DNA of 61,180 bases, counting the filler, from Hausera hauseri (Eukaryota): NCBI GenBank assembly GCA_046269625.1. It is 10 parts of 10 records of this genome, joined end to end, with 100 filler letters (N's around TTAATTAATTAA, not from the genome) between each part and the next. Parts side by side here need not be neighbours in the genome. Positions count along the whole stretch, not along the records: positions 23,201 to 37,930 come from JBJURY010555450.1; positions 38,031 to 42,085 come from JBJURY010790868.1; positions 42,186 to 47,343 come from JBJURY010319161.1; 7 more parts are not named here. The stretch is one strand, 5' to 3'. The stretch's first letter is position 1, and each line of letters begins with the position of its first letter. The notes beneath the pieces were generated by a model, which searched no databases, was not told the DNA's origin, and saw only the letters and a list, made by a program, of their open reading frames with translations. Below are positions 35,601 through 43,348 of this stretch, piece by piece. A program made the translations under genes and the position numbers.

Positions 35601-36439
35601 TGTCCATTACGTTGGCATCTATAACATTTTATAACTCTTCCAGCTCTATTCACATCTTCTCTACCATCATTCTGATAATTATTTCCTTTATAAGGTGGTC
35701 TATTGCCGTATTGATTTCTATTTTGGTTACTATTTTCATTTTGACTACTTGACGGATTCCGTCTACTTTCTTCTTGTGAATTGTTTTTTGATACATTAGC
35801 GTTAGGTGCTTGATAATTATTATCTCTATTTGTTTTTGGAGGTCTAAAAGCCTCAAAGTTCTGTGCCATTTTTAAAGCATCAGCAAATGTATTTGGACTT
35901 CCAGCCAAAACCTTATATTTTAAATCTGGTACTAAACCTCGGATAAATTGCGTAGACAGTAAAATATCAGTGTCAACCTTGATATCCTCGACATCATCCT
36001 TATTTCCTTTTCTCATTTTAGTTAATTTAATTGCTTCAACATAATTTGAAATTAATTGTCTTAAAGAATATGCAAATTGAGTCACTGATTCATTTTTTTG
36101 AAACTTATTTTGAAAAATTATTAATTGTTGTTGAGGGGTCATGGTCGGCAGAAATCTATCTATCATTGCTATGCTTATAGTATTCCAATTTTTTCGTTCA
36201 GCATCACTTAAATCATTGTAAGCATCTATAGCTATATCAGTTAAATACAAAGGTAAACGTCTAATTTGATCTTTTTCACTTAATTCTAATGCGGTACTTT
36301 GCGATTTATAAGTTTTCAAAAATGGTAACAACTTATCGGGTTGACCATTAAATTTCTCTACATCGATTTTAAAGTTTCTGAAATCATACACATTTACATT
36401 ATCTTTAGCCATATTTTGGTTAAATTTAAGTTTTTCCAA
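23690..36439 (-). CDS. 4249-aa polyprotein: Gag - accessory insert - chuvirus-like glycoprotein - PR - RT - RNase H - IN - membrane FN3-like protein - exonuclease-like domain (first ATG at 36412)
   Basis: Capsid-like region (FNGQPDKL...ESVTQFAYSL...FIRGL). CCHC CYRCQRNGHTANNC at 35585-35626. AYDC and CGMHSH glycoprotein motifs. DTG at 30356-30364. YIDD at 29075-29086. RNase H TDAS...ELE...TDH...ADAISR. Integrase HHCC, DDE and GPY (27038-27046). No stop or frameshift. Confidence 0.95.
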   Translation of the reverse strand: MEKLKFNQNMAKDNVNVYDFRNFKIDVEKFNGQPDKLLPFLKTYKSQSTALELSEKDQIRRLPLYLTDIAIDAYNDLSDAERKNWNTISIAMIDRFLPTMTPQQQLIIFQNKFQKNESVTQFAYSLRQLISNYVEAIKLTKMRKGNKDDVEDIKVDTDILLSTQFIRGLVPDLKYKVLAGSPNTFADALKMAQNFEAFRPPKTNRDNNYQAPNANVSKNNSQEESRRNPSSSQNENSNQNRNQYGNRPPYKGNNYQNDGREDVNRAGRVIKCYRCQRNGHTANNCRTPNDKLPIKSEPTTKSAAFNEKTVGPSTEYYLEHWPMSNQNSKDFAKLQNFSVNRTPYSCGTDDEEVMEAKLAIIEAHKNAVRKYFAGKQLTELEQMAFDALPVPVAAVDKDGKKIIKNISPGYTGKKPKKVPESIPEETLTKLKKSRKNSKSPPRKFADKFIHDDQEISEETKGKVMNQMIKDLDIMARGQIPFGLEKLESINAYFQPTASSSKDNYNKLMKELYETRKIEIQEEQKKRIDDVIVEVLNKDKTPEEIEFENLLKEAQEVTDKEYPTMQYLDDVIVKLVQHKLKTKKLSTKQKQLLNDNIKILENKSVFIKNKIDEFTVANIELADVLDQALSPSELQKWSALQILTQRSQKEPLSLEKLETLNDIQSKLLEITTEFISSISELKIEVRKILKDNEDIDTNQKKELINILKEIRKLGIESNDEKEQKLQEFIATVNKIRNNMLFSTDLDKESDSTSSKTMPLTDTEGKKLDTVIVLSDTEEKKSDTVVISSDSDEDPHRPRREGLIKVAIQKIDSQQLSSENELSKQIDAFKNHPSFLETLLVTYLAEKPNTDEIRRIVHKLIPLAADEYLYNATPKVLLKLLGAKIRQSITLENEYINVVPKFNSLIMPQIKISTNETVRHLDIHIRASIDKPLNELNYTFKGRTLNLDDYVSDLGMLPEKTYMIEIEESDFKPIQILPEIINLNEVCNDDTKMLENVAKCTLLDLNKAAKTKRTKTITLAQQFAKQLQDYEVPQLYKEYKEVKGLIKEIFDIDRGMAKPNSNQKWRIRVLELLKYIKKLKKIPAYKNITSEDLAQILIEKPTRKNLEKSICLLVTDIHDQSDVKTVTGKIIQLSQNIVPNKCSWNDLFLRNVRNTVDLEEEADAVLKTVIDKEEILIPKITTELNKSLEIEIKDMRSKGSNSSYSSILFLILMLMSLIKRSNNILAYDCEHIYEGDYYSLMDLDSCPEAHPRNITTVQKTLYIYHDRASVQVKGYECMLTRSRTVTYCGMHSHETIIIPTTIPEPEAVTPEACKVAIDTGFMRYDRMELKAGIGEVHQTERYVVGTKDLGGNCNGGTYDLGKGPQSGLIVHDQYRIQIKQQTYNFDTNTKAMMDAAFCKLGKGYCHTITSVLIWDVPKKFDCHLVLIKKGIFNVTSGKRYAKYFETNFEQTNVNQIPEIKTPTIIMSANLVGGVKFIQQEPTFKCGKAIHSTNYPSYYIADSEVPDADNVPVDIKSFLNIGDHFNIRDDTLFYITQKTIDEMYTEIIENFCKVNLETLRNRLAILATNPEMAAITMPLGEGIQGKIIGEALFTYKCKRVEVPLVILKNICYIEIPVTYKKKIRYVQPITRILLDKNTEPTKIVNCTTLYQPYIKYDNEGTWVVLPERKKPHKTPKRLTMTALRHAVENNLFTDLSKTTLYTRDEINDMIQALRYPVQREQALNKALHRILDDGVQDARWEKLLSPDHYKEVTMNFLKTLWGGFIKFGTVSAGIFTIYLSIQTAKAILSSLLNAYEIYTLTGFSLKILSAVFTPFGKILKAHEEKRWKNLVEQHVNLDNRKKKPPPKSPPRLNVENNTYTELPSTSTNIQNLPLITEKIEKEIRDPYCEHENYRKLFVVPGAPTRTNEVENEQLKRTSQYPDLASLAQKWKPTTTITSRPTSPPTFTSSRPTSPLLTNSNLIENSTSEMPLNGRFIVDNGVIRTAGVYSLLPLVRNPTEKQLQSISRTYDPRPQTTVHIRDAEISALIDTGATVTLIHQTVIPLNYQHEVRLANPSDSGNVSLFGQTVFPIGYWTTEIVIYEQKVTATIQVMKELYPRMIIGVDVLRKLKNSVMDLSTGQICINHHLPLQDNPKYKNAVWIMDEIIIPPYCEMTIKGKLLAPENIIVKFEPKDFERGYYFSTICTVVQNGTIPIVVANCSERTKILHPNTRIGEFFRTFDQNITDFLAATTQTELNEHKIFQQLIANIKQRVSEEQLKDMIKLIKEFSEIFALNDVDIGCTDLVEFRLNLITDEKTGKEIDLNRQPMPKWYPPPHSLQAEVEEQIQDWLDKGIVEPSQASWASPIVMVPKKNTTKRRLCVNFVQLNKYLENHIYPIPRIKEIINDLKGCTLFTALDLQWGFLNIPITAADKWKTAFKTHTGIYQFTRMPFGLKTAPTFFQEFIRIVLKGIRSLSYIDDILIASRTWEEHIQQLKEVFERLRDAKLKLNPLKCDWCQTSVTYLGFKISAKGIETSPHIVAKVLEFPAPTNKKELQCWLGLIGFYSIFVENFSQINSVLYELLRNDKKYIWEEKHQYAFDIMKKKMVSAPILQYPDFELPFILKTDASLNGLSYILAQQYPNEQIEHVVAYGGRALTKEEKNYSTTELEFLAVLEGLRNYEFYIYGYPVIVYTDHQALENIDCKNKRIYNRIQRWKLELLNYNPKFKYVPGKFHNDADAISRTIYPSEPNTAAIVPIDDHEFNKMMTAFANLNTEKIADVQDNDPLLYVIKEYVRTSLMPNIDKRLTEWLNDHKTRLIIDHNILKYIHHDKALIVIPNELIKSVLLQEHDSHLAGHPSMGKTIKRIKLKYFWPNQSEDIVNWVKSCKICATRRDRGRSIKPILGTLPEPKAPMEICAMDISGPYPTSINGYKYILSFIDYYTSYIVLIPLKAMTTETIALELFNKLICVLGAPRQILTDRAPYFTSQLFNEVTKVLQTRHVLTTAYHPQCNGKVERSNRTVQGILSVQVSADQKNWPDKLPTVAFAMNTTPTRSTNKTPYELMFGRLPLLPLDVSLLPTALPFTNNPQEENYTALLKQLNDYGEQAKTVREDYKNSYTKHYNKKTQSNPYKIGDFVMTHYPVTTKGRSLKLTRTGKGPYKVVEVRPQTLFVEKSPGKIENVSIQNVTKAPTAYTGKFGLKSPSLLSTNLLIMIFTFIILLSCTQASSGQFYISYDTMIQAIQQNQNHTPSDQIFNKEIEIIGLDFKKGCIQFRKRSANNMTAIRIVTFYKDRIAFVDLDDENSQTCLVVVRDYSYSLLALIFKLKAHNKWILQLIVKSSVKCLIPYRLNECLFDTAFMVEQNRCNISYKEYKKLARHNEIEITSKLFIISHPKTDRIAFTWNYQMNPKNEWVSITCIDQYNQQKIILERKQKYAYCTRLISDTNYLVIVKNCTHYSEINIKTLSKINKVVKFHFSPKDIRNDSLLKQSIEVTEINIAVCALLIIMLSVLLLVVLALGALLSPKIYRKYLTSTSTCYCPQKSGVQSQLMTPRIDTHTLAPRTLSPLILYSLVMWLPHDTHAVYGRYKSNELYHSAPFSKNRQNLQLQSNLLQKVQYIMSNPTQKVNVSQIRHRQISTSTHPLFHSEVLTIEQLLSRYATKTSSFTHTMARNFYNTIRRQANVYPQSLYVHVAKIPNQFKYGLTLNRQVRIVLITETHQRNLEEFITEYPSIEGLVIHNARGTIVLKTAKDGQYKLSNITTLLEEETLAINTSLTVKNIQIRPNRIPVVLMVEWIIPEKHLALPRPLIIAQSPPELIQETKSNYICTGQSNTIRILVVSLGFKMDKSPVPVEVIVTDQHRRILYKTLVANREKIHNCNTGRHGIDFYSIENSAIDLYDVTKELIQWLFGTIVVGVETHKMIQLFDIPSNYFAGVIDLLKHPEVTEKSFSAIDITNVAKELKLPKIRNGYTYEQDSIGKIDLTMDILKTIKNLRQVSWMPDDLSNNIIDVGELFYNREKYLENFSWIHHIEASISKPEFDPIAEDEELNTPENIELGQQSDEMNSDIFELDNQDILQLMASEDEQEREYDQWNKTCKTVNVQIQTETSDVDLIAMRIKDTLSAKEDIVFNFGIIIKIEYLALPVPIHDIERPYYIEKSLDSNEVYKWSTEVNKLIGMIYQKLENDYFLVPYLGTLNVMKLPINFGIKFHTKLQLLLIKEKLDNIKRSFQGGQLKYILLIKANKPVLIPIERVRKGSKPDEEDYIHTRIQYENVDLDI
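31013..32830 (-). other. Chuvirus-type (class III-like) envelope glycoprotein domain inside the polyprotein
   Basis: Hydrophobic signal ILFLILMLMSLI, then AYDC...YSLMDLDSC, C..TRSRTVTYCGMHSH, CNGG, CKLGKGYC...W, GE..FTYKC..VEV, CYIEIPV...P.TRIL...C, and a C-terminal TM region LWGGFIKFG...GFSLKILSAVF. Confidence 0.82.
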
Positions 36440-36944
36440 AAGAACAATAGGTAAATTAGTGCTTGTTTTAGCAAGACTTTGACTTCTAGTTAGTCTTCTG
36501 TTATTTTCTATTTTGGCTCTGAGAACTTTTACTGTTTTTTGATATATATATACCCTTTGTAATTTTATTAATTATTACTTTAGGTATACTAGTGATTTTT
36601 AAGTGTGCGACTTCTTGACTGTCAGAGTCAGATGTCTAAACTTGGCAAAAAGGTAACTTTAAATGTTTAATTACTGTATTAGTATTTTTCCCCCACCCTT
36701 AAGAGGTTAGTAGGATTTTACACAAAAAGAGGAATAAGAAGTTCAGACACGAGTGCTGCTTCTTTCGACGATAACAACTTTTTTTTTATCAAGACAACGT
36801 GACCACCTTCGTGGTATGGGTCAATGAATTCAAGAAAGTTATCGTAATTAGTAAAGTAGATATGTGAACCGTTAAGTTTCACAGAAAATGGAGCGATAGG
36901 ACGTTTAAAGAAGTTAACAAGACGATCAAACATCAAAAGATTTG

Positions 36945-36957
36945 TGTTCGGGCGCCA
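36945..36957 (-). promoter_or_regulatory. Primer-binding site, tRNA-Lys(UUU) type
   Basis: Minus strand TGGCGCCCGAACA matches the first 13 nt of the tRNA-Lys3 PBS and lies 5 nt after a CA LTR end. Confidence 0.85.
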
Positions 36958-36962
36958 ATTAT

Positions 36963-37734
36963 TGTATTTCACGATTTTTTGAAGAATCAATGAAATACTC
37001 TGAGGGAAAAAATAAAGTTTATAACTTTAAATGGTGTGTTAAAATTTTGTAATGAATGCGGAAAAGGTGGAGATTGATTAATTAACTTCGGTTTTCTGTG
37101 AACCGAGTTTAAGAATTTTACTTAGAACAATTAAAAAGATTTAACGAACAAATATAATGAACACAACAAATACAATAATTCCTTATAGGAATCCAAATAC
37201 CAAAAAGATTCTTGACAAATTAAATGGTAACTATTTGCACCAAAATAAAATGACAAGAAAGTTCAAATAAAATATTACTCTTGTAGAGTAACCAATACTA
37301 ATTCAATAATTGCAATTGTTCTTACAGAACAATTAAATTCCAATTATTCAATAATAAGACAATAAATGAAGCTTTACCCGAGGATCTAGTTCAGCACAAG
37401 ACTAAGCATAAACAGCAGAGAATATCATCAAACAATTTTTCATCAAAAATTTACGCTCAAACAATTTTTTCTTCCATACTGAAATTCGTTTCAGTATATA
37501 TACCTTTGATGCTTCTAATCTTAGTGACAAAAAGGGTATAGAACATGTTATTCAGCGATTGTTAAGCGTTCTAAATTTGGGTATAAATTTGGGGTAGAAA
37601 AAATCCTCACTAAATACATTACCAAACTATTTATGGTAACAAAACAGGGGTAGAAAACTAATATTTATTTTTGGTAACAATTTGGTTCTAGAAAAAATCT
37701 AAACCAAAGTGTTATTAGTCATCAATTCACAACA
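36963..37734 (-). repeat. LTR (~770 bp)
   Basis: Bounded by the PPT+TG and CA+PBS. The first 76 nt recur at 23201-23276 with 4 differences. TATA-like TATATATA at ~37495. Confidence 0.8.
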
Positions 37735-39012
37735 TTCCCCTACCCTTAAAGGGGGACAGCGAGAATTAGAGTCATCATTCAAGAATCATTCATACAAAAT
37801 TCATACACAAACAATTACTGATTAGTTCAATTTTAGAATACAACATACGAATGAAATATTTAATTATTGGTTGAAAATAGGAAATGAAAATATTATACAA
37901 AAATGTGAAGGTGCTAAAGAGAAAAAGTGANNNNNNNNNNNNNNNNNNNNNNNNNNNNNNNNNNNNNNNNNNNNTTAATTAATTAANNNNNNNNNNNNNN
38001 NNNNNNNNNNNNNNNNNNNNNNNNNNNNNNTTACATTGCTGCCCTGGGGGGTAGATTTTTCAATGACTGTATTACAACAAGTCTGCAGAGTCAATACACA
38101 AAACTTTCGACTCAGACTCTGATATTTCTGGTGCTTCCAAATCCCAGCTGCTCAAAAATTGCCTTGACTCCAACTACTTGACAGGTTTGTAGGATCGGAC
38201 ATGAAACTTTTGACTCCAACATTTCTAGTTCTTCTGTTCTAGATACCCAAAAAATTTCACTGACAATGTCCAAAGATTTACAAATTCTACCTTTACCTAC
38301 TACCAGTTATTAATCAGAGAAACGCCTGACCAGTGTCTCTCACAGCATGTACTCCATAGCAGAAGTGGCATCCCTTGATGTTTCTAGAGCATGAATTCTG
38401 CTGTCCATTTTATAATGGGTGGGTGAACATCAGGAGTTATGTTTTTGTAAACCATGGGTCCAGAACCAAAGTTAAACCCGGGTCACCTGGACCAAAACCT
38501 AAACAGCAGGCGAATGACTTTTTGACTACACTACTGCGGCTCTCTAGAAAGAACGTAGCTGGTAGCAGCCTATCAGCCTCCTGCACTGTTTTTTTTATTT
38601 CCACTATCACGAGATACAGGAAATGTATAACATGAATATCAGACTGTCACGATCTCAAAATGGACAAAGTGTTTAATCCTAGAACCACAGTTAAAGTTTG
38701 GTACTGGCAACAAAGTAAAACCCACATATCATAGCCAAACACAGACTCGGCTAACTAAATAAACAGATGTGAGGACACATATGAACACTTGAGGACATAT
38801 TAGAAGTGACTAGGTCAGTGACAGTTAACACTCTCGGGAAGCTCTTGATTTGGTAATCTGAGAAAGTATGGGCATTACTTGAATGTCAGAAGGTTCCTAA
38901 ATCAAACAATCAACCAGTCTAGCTCTAAGATGGAAAACAAACAGTAAAATTACGTGTGTGAGATTAATCAACCAGGAGGGTTAGTACAATGAAATGCACT
39001 AATCAGGAAGGT

Positions 39013-39250
39013 GGTCGGATGTGACCGAGTGGTTAGTCCACTCGGCTGCTGAGTCCAGTGGCGCGGGTTCAGTTCTGACCGCCGGACCTCAGGTTCAACC
39101 AGCCTGAAATGGGTACCAGGATAAAATCCTGGGAAATAAATGCGGTGAGAAAGGTGGTGTCGTCCCTACTCACAAAAAAGCCGAAGCCTAGGAAAATGAA
39201 GGCACTTACACTTCATTCCCCATTCCTAATGCTTCGGGACTAACTTAATT
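39013..39250 (+). mobile_element. tRNA-derived SINE with a Nin/Deu-like core
   Basis: A-box TGACCGAGTGG, B-box-like GGTTCAGTTC, then TCAACCAGCCTGAAATGGGTACC, resembling the conserved ...AATGGGTACC SINE core. Confidence 0.6.
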
Positions 39251-40669
39251 TAATCATGAAGGGATTAGCTGATCGCCAACCTGCAACCCCAAAATGGAAT
39301 ACAAAACAGCGTTGATAGCGCGAGGGAAAAAACGTTTGGCTGACATGCATATCGGCACGTTGTAACAAAGACATAGAATCAAACCACAACCTTGCACTGA
39401 TCACCTATACTATCGCGGCCCCATTTAACAATATAAAAATTCTTCTTGAAACGCAAACAAGAATAATCTGTTTTAAGCGCTGATCAACAAAAGTACACTC
39501 AAGTTAATTAACATGTTTCTAAGCAACAGAAAAATACCCGAGCTAAGAGATATTTTTAATCCTGTAATCCTTTCTAAGCTCGCATGAACATACATATGCC
39601 AAAGACAGCATTACTACAGCCAACACACGACAACAATCCACAACAACGATTTTCATCCCTATTTTCTCTGTACATTCATTTACCAGTACACGTCTTGTAA
39701 ATAATAAAACATATCCATAAATAAAAACTCCATATCTCCTAAGACCAGTTAAATGTCTTGTATTGTGGGTGCATATAACACCAAAGACCAGTTGACTGGC
39801 TTTCATGTCGATGTATATGTTCACAAAGCCCATAAACTTGTCGTTTGCTACCCGTCCATTGAGGCGAACTCTAGGGTCAAGACCACTAGACTGGTCAAGG
39901 GCAAATATGGACAGAGAATAAGGGCTGGAAGACCAGAAAAACACATACATTGTAGCATGGCATGTATACATTGCATCATCTGTAACTACAGCCACTTAAG
40001 AAAAGAGTCTTTTCCCTAAGGCTAAGCTCATAGGATTGTATTTCATGCTGTACCGCTGTATCTCTGGAGGTCCAACCTTGTGCAACGAGTTGTGCAATTA
40101 GGGTGCTCGGTTTTTTCGATGTAAGATGCCCGCCTTCATTGCTAAAGGTCCGAGGTTCAAATGCCCGTGGAAAAACTCCTGTATCTTCTAGTAAAAATTT
40201 CTCCTGATCTCCGTGTAGTGAAATCGGACGTCTGTGTATAAAGTCGTGCACCTTCTGCAGTTGGAAATCGAAAAAAAAGCGTATTCTTAACTGCCTCTGC
40301 CCGCGAAACATTCTAGGAAAAATAGACTCAAATCTACGGGATCATCGCAGGTACATCGGAGTATGTGCTGAAATGAGATCTTCCAGACTGGAGGGAACGG
40401 AGCAGTAATGGATGTATATTCGTGTGCGAGGATGTTAAACCTTCAAGTAAGCTAAACTAAATTATCTCTGGTCAATGTTGGAGTCAATACTACCACTACT
40501 AACTGCATCCATCACGTACATAGTTATGGAGACGCGAAGCAAGCAAAAATTTAAACTACTTCACTGAAATATACAACATGGAAACGACAAAAAAGATGAA
40601 ACCGCCACGCTGAGTTAAACATGATGGTGTTCATTAATAATTATCATGGTTCTTATTTATCATAGCATT

Positions 40670-40990
40670 ATATTTATCATCATCATCATCATCAGCATCA
40701 CGTACCATGCTGCGAAGCGTAGGCCGCCACGGATCTCCATCTCTCGCGATTCCTGTGTCCCCAGTCATTTCTGTTGTTGACCTACTTCCGAGCCGTTCTT
40801 TCAAACCATCCAAACACTTCATTCTTTGCCGTCCAGACCTTCTCTTCATAAAATATGGCCAATCATGGACATCTTTTTCTGATCTTACTGATAAGCGTTA
40901 TTACTGTGTCTACTTCTTGTTAAACCTCTTCATTTGTTCTCTTTGCTGTCCAATGGGACTTTCAACATTATTCTGAGAAACCACATCCCT
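40670..40990 (-). mobile_element. RTE-clade LINE 3' end remnant
   Basis: GRQRMKCLD...RDGDPWR-like C-terminus followed by a (GAT)n tail. Confidence 0.65.
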
Positions 40991-41649
40991 ATTACTTTTA
41001 AAGAATGGATGACCTCGGCTCACCCTCTCGGATAATCAGAGGGACTGCCAGAAAGTTTTGCTACAGATTCCAGCAGTCCTTTTGAGGACCAGAGACTTCT
41101 TTAATGCTCCTCTGAGAAAGTGCAACCGGGCAGAGACGTCAAGTTATGAACACCAATAATATCGTAGTCCTGTCGTTTTTTCTATACTGGGCCATCCATT
41201 CCTTCTCGCATGTCACTATTATTTAGCATTAAACGTAAAAGGTTAAAAAGCAACGGTGTGACTTGTCATTTTAGTGACATTAATGTGTCTTGAACTGAAA
41301 ATAAGTTGAGAACCACTGTCTTAGAAGCTTTGATATCAACTATCCGCGATCCGTTAGCGTTTACGCTTGTGCAGTAGTGACCCCCCTCCCCCCCCCCCCC
41401 CCCCCGTGTTTGAGACAAGCGTTAGGTTGTGATATGAACTGGCTCTGTACAGGTGATTATGAATACCTGGATTCACCTAGATATGTATTACCTGTGATTG
41501 CTAGACTATCTGTCTGTCTGTCTGCATGAAAATATGTCTATCTGTTTGTAGTGTGCAGATAAGTAGAGTAAGGGCTGACACATTCTAGTTATGTCAGCCA
41601 GGGCAACCGTAACCCCAACACCGCGGACTCGATTTTCCTTGCAGGAACA

Positions 41650-42085
41650 GACAAGGTTGTGTCGGTTAATGAGTTGGTGAGAGTTGTCCCCACACCTGTT
41701 CTCCCTATATAGTGAAAACATAATGAGATCAATAGCATATATACCGGGATTAAAAGTTGGTGGATATAATTTAAATAACTTACGCAATGCAGATGACACT
41801 GTGCTAATAGCAACAAACAAAGGGTATTTACAAGAGATGCTAAACACGGTAATAACACGGTAAGTGAAAAGAATGGACTCAGCTTAAACACACACAAAAA
41901 CAGTAACGATGACAGTCTCTAAGACGAAAGGCGCCAACATTGTGCAATGTAATGATAAAAGCGACAAAAGTAAAACAAGTGCAGAAATTCAAATACCTTG
42001 GAACTCTCGTAACATCAGATGGCAGATGTGACACGGAAATCAAAAGCAGAATTGCACAGGCAAAAACAGCATTCCAGAAAATGAA
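41650..42085 (+). mobile_element. RTE-clade LINE reverse transcriptase remnant
   Basis: QGCV...SPHLFSLYSE...INNLR-like NLNNLRNADDTVLIA...QVQKFKYLGTLVTSDGRCDTEIKSRIAQAKTAF. Confidence 0.88.
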
Positions 42086-43348
42086 NNNNNNNNNNNNNNN
42101 NNNNNNNNNNNNNNNNNNNNNNNNNNNNNTTAATTAATTAANNNNNNNNNNNNNNNNNNNNNNNNNNNNNNNNNNNNNNNNNNNNATTTCTGTGTTTGAG
42201 AACTTCTGTATGAATGGGTGGGTATTTAAAATTAAAGGTGGAATCATTCCCCCGCGGAGGGACACCGCGATAACAATGGTCTGGAATGTTTGTGAAATTA
42301 ATGCAGATGTTTTTATATCATTATATATTTGTAAGGGAGATCGAGAATTGGGGGCAACTCACAAGCTGGGGGTTACGAAAAATGAAACTAATGATTTGCA
42401 AAACAACTATACTAACATTATTGTGAGCTTCGTATATAATAGACATATGAATATTCTATATGGCGTTGGAATCAGTAACAAGGGGGTCGATCTGATGATA
42501 ACGACAGGAATTCATCATAAAATATTCATGGGATCAAAGGTCTTTGTGACCCAAAATAATTTAAATGGGGATGAAAGGAAATACATACAGAGAGAAAATT
42601 CATATGGGTCCAGGGAAGAGAAAGTGAAAAACGCGCCAGGGGATAATGTAAGACGGAAACTGGTTATTCATTTAAGAAAAGACACGTATGATTTATTATA
42701 TCAATTTCACATGAAACATCCATTTTATCGTAGCAGAGCATGGTTTGTGTTTTGCACCGTGATCCGCAGATACATACCACGTAATGCAGTTGTCTTGCGA
42801 ATTTTGTATGTCCGTCTCCTCGTTTTCGGATCTCGTTCATTCCGTTTTAATGTTGAAATAAAGGCGAGAATCTTTTGCAAAATATGCACGGTGAAGAGCT
42901 ATGGGGAAATTAATAAAAGGAAACGCCGTGACTATTTTGCAGAGGTGACGCAAAATTGGAAAATTGTGAAACCTTGCGCCGAAGGCGATAAAAAATTAGA
43001 AAATATATCGAAGGTCTACGTCTGAACAAATGAAAAATACACCTCAGCGGATAGTGTCACCCGCAACGGATCACAAAGAAACATGTTCTAAACGGCTCGC
43101 GTTTGAGGCAAGTGACCGTCAATTATTGAACAAATTACAAAAAGGCATTGGATGTCCGGAACTTCAAGTTGTGGAGAAGCAGTTTGAAAAGCTAAGTGAA
43201 GAAGCACAAATTAATTATACAAATTCAAAGAAAATATTGAATCTTCTTGAAGATAGGGAATTAGAAGGAGTAGAATTACCGTATCTAATAGGAAGAGGTA
43301 AACGAGATTTCGGAAAACAGAGTTGGAGAAATAAGAAAACAGGTAATA

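Larger units (their letters stand above)
23201..37734 (-). mobile_element. Giant intact Ty3/Gypsy LTR retrotransposon (~14.5 kb visible) carrying a viral glycoprotein
   Basis: 5' LTR at ~36963-37734 (TG...CA), PBS, single 12.75-kb ORF, PPT, and the start of the 3' LTR at 23276 (truncated by the contig end). Confidence 0.93.

Noticed and set aside
39543-40311. Overlapping 88-150 aa ORFs
   Set aside because: No motifs; they lie among SINE/LINE debris and are probably non-coding.
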